Shown in pieces: positions 40,344 through 45,055 of a stretch of DNA of 45,055 nt (position 1 is the first letter of the stretch; every line of letters begins with the position of its first letter). A model generated the notes under the pieces. That model had not been told where the DNA came from and ran no database searches. It saw only the letters and a program-made list of their open reading frames with translations. The stretch is taken from the NCBI GenBank assembly GCA_963712115.1, contig CAVQGX010000064.1, positions 1-45,055 on the forward strand, read 5' to 3'. The stretch comes from an uncultured delta proteobacterium. Lineage in GTDB: Bacteria > Desulfobacterota > Syntrophobacteria > BM002. The translations under genes were made by a program, and so were the position numbers.

Positions 40344-41094
40344 CCTCAGCAAACCCCGGCGAGGGGAGACTCTGGACTCCATCTTCCAAGGACGTCTAAA
40401 GATTATCCAACCCAAGAAAGGCTACCGTTTTTCCATTGACGCGGTGTTGCTGGCCGGGCTTACCCTAGTTCGTCCCCAAGATCGGATCGTAGACCTGGGT
40501 ACTGGCTGCGGAGTAATCCCGCTGCTATTAGCTTCCCAACAATCAGTGAAGCATATCACCGGCATTGAGCTCCAAGAATCCCTGGTCTCCATGGCAAAAC
40601 GGAATGTGCTCATCAATGGATTCGACCACCTGATAAGCATTGTCCAGGCTGATCTCAGAAGGTTGGAGGTTGCCGGGGTAGGTGGGCCCATGGACCTGGT
40701 GCTGAGTAACCCCCCCTACGGGAAATTGCTCAGTGGGCGGCTGAACCCCAATTCGGGGAAAGCAATAGCTAGACACGAGCTTTTAGCCACTTTGAAAGAT
40801 GTGGTTCTGGCAGCCGCTCAGCTTTTACGTCAAAAAGGACGGTTAGCAATCATCTATCCGGCACGGCGTCTTTCCAAGCTTCTCGTAGAGGTAAGTTCAA
40901 GAGGTTTTGCTCCGAAAAGACTCACCCTCATCCATTCCACCCTGGATTCGGAGGCTAGGCTAGTGCACTTGGAGTCGGTAAAAGGAGGAGGAGAAGAACT
41001 TCGAGTAAACAAGCCCTTTGCCATATACGGGAGCGATGGCAACTACACAGACGAGATGAACGCTATGTACGGGGACGGGCCAGCTGTTTTCTGA
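40324..41094 (+). CDS. tRNA1(Val) A37 N6-methyltransferase family (TrmN6/YfiC-like)
   Basis: GYRFSIDAVLL, DLGTGCG, SNPPY, IARHE. Confidence 0.85.
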   Translation: MKMCQSDLSKPRRGETLDSIFQGRLKIIQPKKGYRFSIDAVLLAGLTLVRPQDRIVDLGTGCGVIPLLLASQQSVKHITGIELQESLVSMAKRNVLINGFDHLISIVQADLRRLEVAGVGGPMDLVLSNPPYGKLLSGRLNPNSGKAIARHELLATLKDVVLAAAQLLRQKGRLAIIYPARRLSKLLVEVSSRGFAPKRLTLIHSTLDSEARLVHLESVKGGGEELRVNKPFAIYGSDGNYTDEMNAMYGDGPAVF

Positions 41095-41548
41095 GTAGGC
41101 TCTCCAGGTTTCTTCGCAGTTCAGGGTCAGTTACTGACTGGAGAAGTCTCGATTGTTCCGGGTCTAGAGGTGTGGGCTTCTCTTGGTGGTTTCGAGGGGC
41201 CGGAATCTCTTCAGGGCTGGTTGAGGATTTCAGCGGTTTAACCTGGTCCAGAGGACCTTGCCGAAAGCGCAGCTCTTTGATCTCTAGAGCAGGCAGTTCT
41301 TTGTTGAGCTTGCGGCGCAAGTCCCTTTCTAAAAAGCGGAGATGATGTAGCCAGGCAGAGTTTGCAACCCTTACCTGGAGCACACCGTTGCTAAGGGATT
41401 CTGGCTGCGATTGTCCGGCAATTTTGTCCCCCACTATCTCTTGCCAACGAAGCAAGGGTATGGAAGCTTGCAGTTTGTCCTTCCATTCGGGGTTACGGAA
41501 GAGTTGTTCTAGGATTGACCCTATATGTTCGGGATCCTCTTTTTTCAA
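41063..41548 (-). CDS. dciA: DUF721/DciA family protein
   Basis: WQEIVGDKIA...GVLQVRVANSAWLHHL...IKELRF pattern; TTG start after GAGG. Confidence 0.75.
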   Translation of the reverse strand: MKKEDPEHIGSILEQLFRNPEWKDKLQASIPLLRWQEIVGDKIAGQSQPESLSNGVLQVRVANSAWLHHLRFLERDLRRKLNKELPALEIKELRFRQGPLDQVKPLKSSTSPEEIPAPRNHQEKPTPLDPEQSRLLQSVTDPELRRNLESLLRKQLARPRT

Positions 41549-41570
41549 TATACTTACTACCTCGTTTTCC

Positions 41571-41882
41571 TCACGAATCGTCAGCCTGGAGAATTTCCAG
41601 AAAATCCTCCTCGCTGTAATCTTCCATACGATCCCAACGTTCCCTTTCTCCTTCGTCTACTTCGTTCTGGTACTCTTCGGGATTAAAGGGACCGGTGATA
41701 TCCGCAATCCAGAAATCCCCGGCGAGATTGTTTACCTCGAGATATTCCTGGACGACTTCTTCTGCGTCATCACCATCGTCGGCTTTCATGATTAGAGGAA
41801 CTGTCATGTGCTCGCTCTCACCCACCATGTAGCCGAGTGTGATTTCAAAAATATAAAGGCCCTCTTCAAGATCAAAATCCAT
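41571..41882 (-). CDS. Small, highly acidic hypothetical protein
   Basis: 103 aa with 33 D/E versus 4 K/R; strong RBS AAAGGAG. Confidence 0.75.
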   Translation of the reverse strand: MDFDLEEGLYIFEITLGYMVGESEHMTVPLIMKADDGDDAEEVVQEYLEVNNLAGDFWIADITGPFNPEEYQNEVDEGERERWDRMEDYSEEDFLEILQADDS

Positions 41883-41940
41883 GGGGAAACTCCTTTCTTA
41901 TTTCTAACCCGGGCACATAAAGTATTCTGCTGCGACCGCG

Positions 41941-42050
41941 GATATGACGGTAACTTGGGACGTTCTCGCATGTTGGACCTACTCTTGAGCAACCCAACAC
42001 TCTGCGGTTGTCCTGCGATGCGGCCTAGCCACACCGTTTGGTCAAATATC
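41941..42050 (-). ncRNA. Candidate structured leader RNA (three-way junction), family not recognised
   Basis: Hand-folded P1, P2 and a long P3, starting just after TTGACA-18-TAAACT. Confidence 0.45.
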
Positions 42051-42502
42051 TAGTTTAAGGGTCGTTTCCCTTTGCTGTCAAAGTTTTTTCAGGGAGTCTA
42101 GCAGCTTAACACTCCATCAAACAAATTCGCAATAACAACAGTAGCCCCACAAGTCATTTAGCAGACGAAGTTAACTATAATAAAGCCGAGATCTTCGTCA
42201 AGAGAAATCCTTGCGATTCAGCACCCACATGATCCGATCTTTTCCTAATGGTCCCATTTCGCAACCTTATACAATCCAAAATCTGCAATCTCAAATCTAA
42301 AATAGCCCAAGCTCCACTACTCCAGGAGAATGTAGAAAGTAAGTCAGACTTTCCGGGCTGGCTCATGGGGACATAATTAATCTAACTTGATCTTCCTCTT
42401 GCGATTGGCAAGGAATCGTGCTAAACAAGAGGTGATTGTAGATCAGGTCGTTGATAAATCGGCAGAATATCCAAGCTTCAACTCCCCATAAAGGCTGGCC
42501 GT

Positions 42503-43102
42503 ATGGGAGGTCCCACCAAAGAAAATCTTGACCTTCTCGAACAAAAAATCAAATTCACCCTCCGCCCCCTGATCAATAGCATCAACACCTCTGGAATAAA
42601 CAGGGAGCGAAAGACCCAACTAGATGATCTGCTCCTCGAGATTTCCAATCTCCAAGAAAACATCGAGGATCATTTAGAACGAGACTGGTCCACTGAAGAC
42701 AACACTCGGTTGACCAGTTTGGTGGACCACCTTTATGCTCTCATCAAGAGCGCCAGTATCCAAGTAAAACTGCCGGAGCGACGCCAGCATCCGAGGCAGA
42801 GTGTTTTAGAGGGTGAGGAACTTGTTGCCCAAGTTTCTCAAGGAAAAAACATTCGGATACTAAATCTCAGCATGGGAGGCATGCGTTTACACTCATTGAC
42901 TAAGCTGAGAGTAGGCAGTATCTTTCATACAAAGCTGAATTCATCGCGCCAGGGGACCATTCCTCTGAAGGGAGAAGTAGTGTGGTCGAGACCAAAAGAA
43001 AACGGTGAAGGCTATATTGTTGGCGTGCATTTCTTACCAATGAAGGAGGATGTGTTGAAAGCACTCGCAAATTTTCTGGAAGAGTGCAGTACTGGACAAT
43101 AG
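42503..43102 (+). CDS. Protein with helical N-terminus and C-terminal PilZ domain
   Basis: RQHPR and NLSMGG motifs; GEVVW, VGVHF. Confidence 0.82.
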   Translation: MGGPTKENLDLLEQKIKFTLRPLINSINTSGINRERKTQLDDLLLEISNLQENIEDHLERDWSTEDNTRLTSLVDHLYALIKSASIQVKLPERRQHPRQSVLEGEELVAQVSQGKNIRILNLSMGGMRLHSLTKLRVGSIFHTKLNSSRQGTIPLKGEVVWSRPKENGEGYIVGVHFLPMKEDVLKALANFLEECSTGQ

Positions 43103-43162
43103 TCAATAAAATGGTATCTTCGCAAAAGGTATTGGCGAAGAACCGGATTGAGGTGTACAGGG

Positions 43163-43585
43163 ATGGCAAGAGACTACAGACCAAATGTAAGAGAAAGTAA
43201 TGTCATATCTCGGTTGGACTCTGCTAAAGAAGCAGCAAGAGCAGGAGCCATTAGTCAGCTGTATGAGGTAGGGGAGGATCTGGCGAATCGGATCGCCATG
43301 AAGCTGATTGAGGAAAGACTCATAGAGACAAAAAACAAGAAGGAACTCGAGCGCCAACTGTCTGGATGCATCAAGACACTGATATCAGCGGAGGATTTCG
43401 ACGTTCAGTACCGAATCGCGCCATTAAGAACGGTCGTGCGTCGTCCCAATTTCATTAGTCTCTACCTCACCGCCTTTATCATCGAAACGCTGATTAATCA
43501 CCGAACAATTGTGGACATCTACGGTACCGACGAAGAGATATATAAATGCGTTGATTCCCAGGTGAGCCGGATGATTCGCCTGTAA
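43163..43585 (+). CDS. Hypothetical protein
   Basis: Clean ORF with ATG at 43163 after GAGG; globular composition; no family recognised. Confidence 0.7.
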   Translation: MARDYRPNVRESNVISRLDSAKEAARAGAISQLYEVGEDLANRIAMKLIEERLIETKNKKELERQLSGCIKTLISAEDFDVQYRIAPLRTVVRRPNFISLYLTAFIIETLINHRTIVDIYGTDEEIYKCVDSQVSRMIRL

Positions 43586-43669
43586 CTTAGTCGGCTCCAA
43601 CACCCCATCGCTTCCGCACCACAATGGTGGTTCCAAGCAATGGCACCATTCTCTTTGGTTTAAAATTAC

Positions 43670-44368
43670 TTAATTTAAAAACGGTAGGTCAACCAAATCG
43701 GTATCATTCAAGAGGGGTACTGGATAGATCCACTCCATAATGCCCAAATGATTTACTATCTCTTTTATTTTTTGGGCCGCCTTCTCCAGTGTCTCTAGGT
43801 CGTCCTCAGGTATGTTGCTGTGTTTTTTCTTGAGAAGGTGTATCTTGCCAAGAATAACGGTAAGTGGTCCATTGATGGAGCCTTGAAATGCCTCAGTAAG
43901 GTCTTTTACAGTCTGCAGTCGCTCTTTTCTTATCAAAGTATCTTGAATTCTCTTTAGTTCATCATACATTATTTTATGCTGAAGCACCGACCTTAGACGA
44001 GATTTGAGCTCAGGCATGAAGAACGGTTTGGTTATATAATCAATTGCGCCCGCCTCAAGTCCAGCGACAATGTCCTCTTTATTCCCTGCGGCAGTGAGCA
44101 TTATTATGGGAATATGTCTAGTTTCTTCACTGCCTTTGACTATTTTGGTGGCTTCGATACCATCCATGACCGGCATCATTAAATCCATTAATATTAAATC
44201 AGGTTTAAGTTCCCGTGCTGCGATAACTGCTTCGCTGCCATTTGTGGCGGTGAGAGCAGTCAATCCCTCGAGCTCGAACTCGGCTTGTAGGATTTCTCTG
44301 AGTTCGGCATCGTCCTCTACGACCAATACGGAAAGAGATCTGTTTTTTAAAAGGGAGAATGTGGCCAT
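43670..44368 (-). CDS. Response regulator with degenerate HisKA-like C-terminus
   Basis: VEDD, LMDLMMP, MLT, KP; tail FQGSINGPLTVILG lacks the phospho-His; no HATPase; RBS AAGGAG. Confidence 0.85.
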   Translation of the reverse strand: MATFSLLKNRSLSVLVVEDDAELREILQAEFELEGLTALTATNGSEAVIAARELKPDLILMDLMMPVMDGIEATKIVKGSEETRHIPIIMLTAAGNKEDIVAGLEAGAIDYITKPFFMPELKSRLRSVLQHKIMYDELKRIQDTLIRKERLQTVKDLTEAFQGSINGPLTVILGKIHLLKKKHSNIPEDDLETLEKAAQKIKEIVNHLGIMEWIYPVPLLNDTDLVDLPFLN

Positions 44369-44830
44369 TTTTTCTCCTTGGCTTTAGGTGGTATTACCAA
44401 AGCCTGCAACTTAAAAAAACGGTTTTGATTGAAGTTGGTGATCGATTGTTTTTTGAAAACACATTTTTTTTGCCTGACGCTTTGGAAGGTGAGAAGAGAA
44501 ACCGTGCCCGTCAGTCGAAAACATGGTCACGGACCTTCAAGATTCATGCCTAATCCAAAATGCTATTTAGGCAGTTTTGCGCGGCTTGAAGAAAATATCT
44601 TGCTCGTTAGCCGTTGGAGAGAATAGGGGGTGTTTCCAGGGGTGGTGCCGGAGGTGAAGGTAGCCTGGCCCGGGTAAATAATTTGATCACGGGGTTGCTT
44701 GATCTCAAGATTCATAGCATGGAGGATAATTTTTAGGAGTAGTTTATAGTGAGATTGTGAATCTGTCTGCTGGAATGCTTGATTCCCAACATTCCACTGT
44801 TGCTTTTTCAAGCGGTGTGGAGTTACTGAC

Positions 44831-44889
44831 AAAAAAAGCCGATGGTGAGGATTTGGCAGTGTCTACCAATAATCCGCTACCACCGGCTA
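44831..44889 (-). terminator. Long hairpin plus T-tract downstream of the tRNA fragment
   Basis: GCCGGTGG...CCATCGGC stem with inner GGATT/AATCC and TGGTAG/CTGCCA, followed by TTTTTTT. Confidence 0.6.
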
Positions 44890-44904
44890 TGTTGCTAATT
44901 AAAT

Positions 44905-44949
44905 TGGTGGAGCTGATCGGGATCGAACCGACGACCTCTTGAATGCCAT
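44905..44949 (-). tRNA. 3' half of tRNA-Ala(GGC); att-site fragment, not a complete gene
   Basis: ATGGCATTCAAGAGGTCGTCGGTTCGATCCCGATCAGCTCCACCA has the anticodon loop, T arm and CCA; upstream sequence forms no D arm or acceptor 5' strand. Confidence 0.88.
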
Positions 44950-45055
44950 GCAGGGTTGTCGGTTTTTCTATGTGTACGCCATCACTATAAGTATTTGATT
45001 TTATTGAATCTGGGTGTTGAAACAATACAAACTCTGGAACCAAAAAAATCTCTAC
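44950..45055. mobile_element. Probable end of a tRNA-Ala-integrated island extending beyond the window
   Basis: Abuts the tRNA 3' fragment; IHF-consensus site AATCAAATACTTA on the - strand at 44988-45000. Confidence 0.55.

Noticed and set aside
41941-42050. c-di-GMP-I riboswitch, SRP RNA or 6S RNA
   Set aside because: Lacks the GNRA tetraloop/receptor and GGCAAA core, lacks the SRP GGAA loop, and is too short and branched for 6S.
42405-42422. Sigma54 promoter TGGCA...TGC
   Set aside because: GG-to-GC spacing is 11 nt rather than the required 10.
44370-44830. Small ORFs between the response regulator and the tRNA fragment
   Set aside because: No convincing RBS or motifs; overlapping short ORFs on both strands look spurious.
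44905-44980. Complete tRNA-Ala gene
   Set aside because: The 5' 31 nt cannot form the acceptor stem, D arm or anticodon stem.

Overview
Mostly housekeeping chromosome of a ~50% GC bacterium; gene content suggests Desulfobacterota/deltaproteobacteria (inference). On the + strand: paaK-like CoA ligase (3' end), ACT protein, LivKHMGF-type ABC transporter, a second degenerate paaK-like gene, nested IS200/IS605 ends with an intact tnpA, a putative porin, a FlgT-like lipoprotein, ppx/gppA, guaB, guaA, a full-length dnaE homolog, UPF0280, HIT, lapA, lapB, mutS, amiC-like amidase and an RNase II. On the - strand: prfB (+1 frameshift), lnt, PilZ, corC, speB, speD-like, an XRE-cupin regulator and a REC-GGDEF cyclase. 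Then nadK, DUF1015, trmN6-like, dciA-like, an acidic protein, a second PilZ protein, a hypothetical, a response regulator, and a 3' tRNA-Ala(GGC) fragment marking an island boundary. Top leads: (1) the intact 1140-aa DnaE homolog has lost polymerase and PHP catalytic residues but keeps clamp-binding and C-terminal domains; (2) an unrecognised three-way-junction RNA leads an acidic-protein/dciA gene pair; (3) inverted 7-/9-mer repeat cassettes fill many intergenic spacers, sometimes nested; (4) a structured MITE upstream of lnt; (5) a speD-like gene that may encode an arginine decarboxylase. All family calls come from motif recognition by eye; no searches were run.
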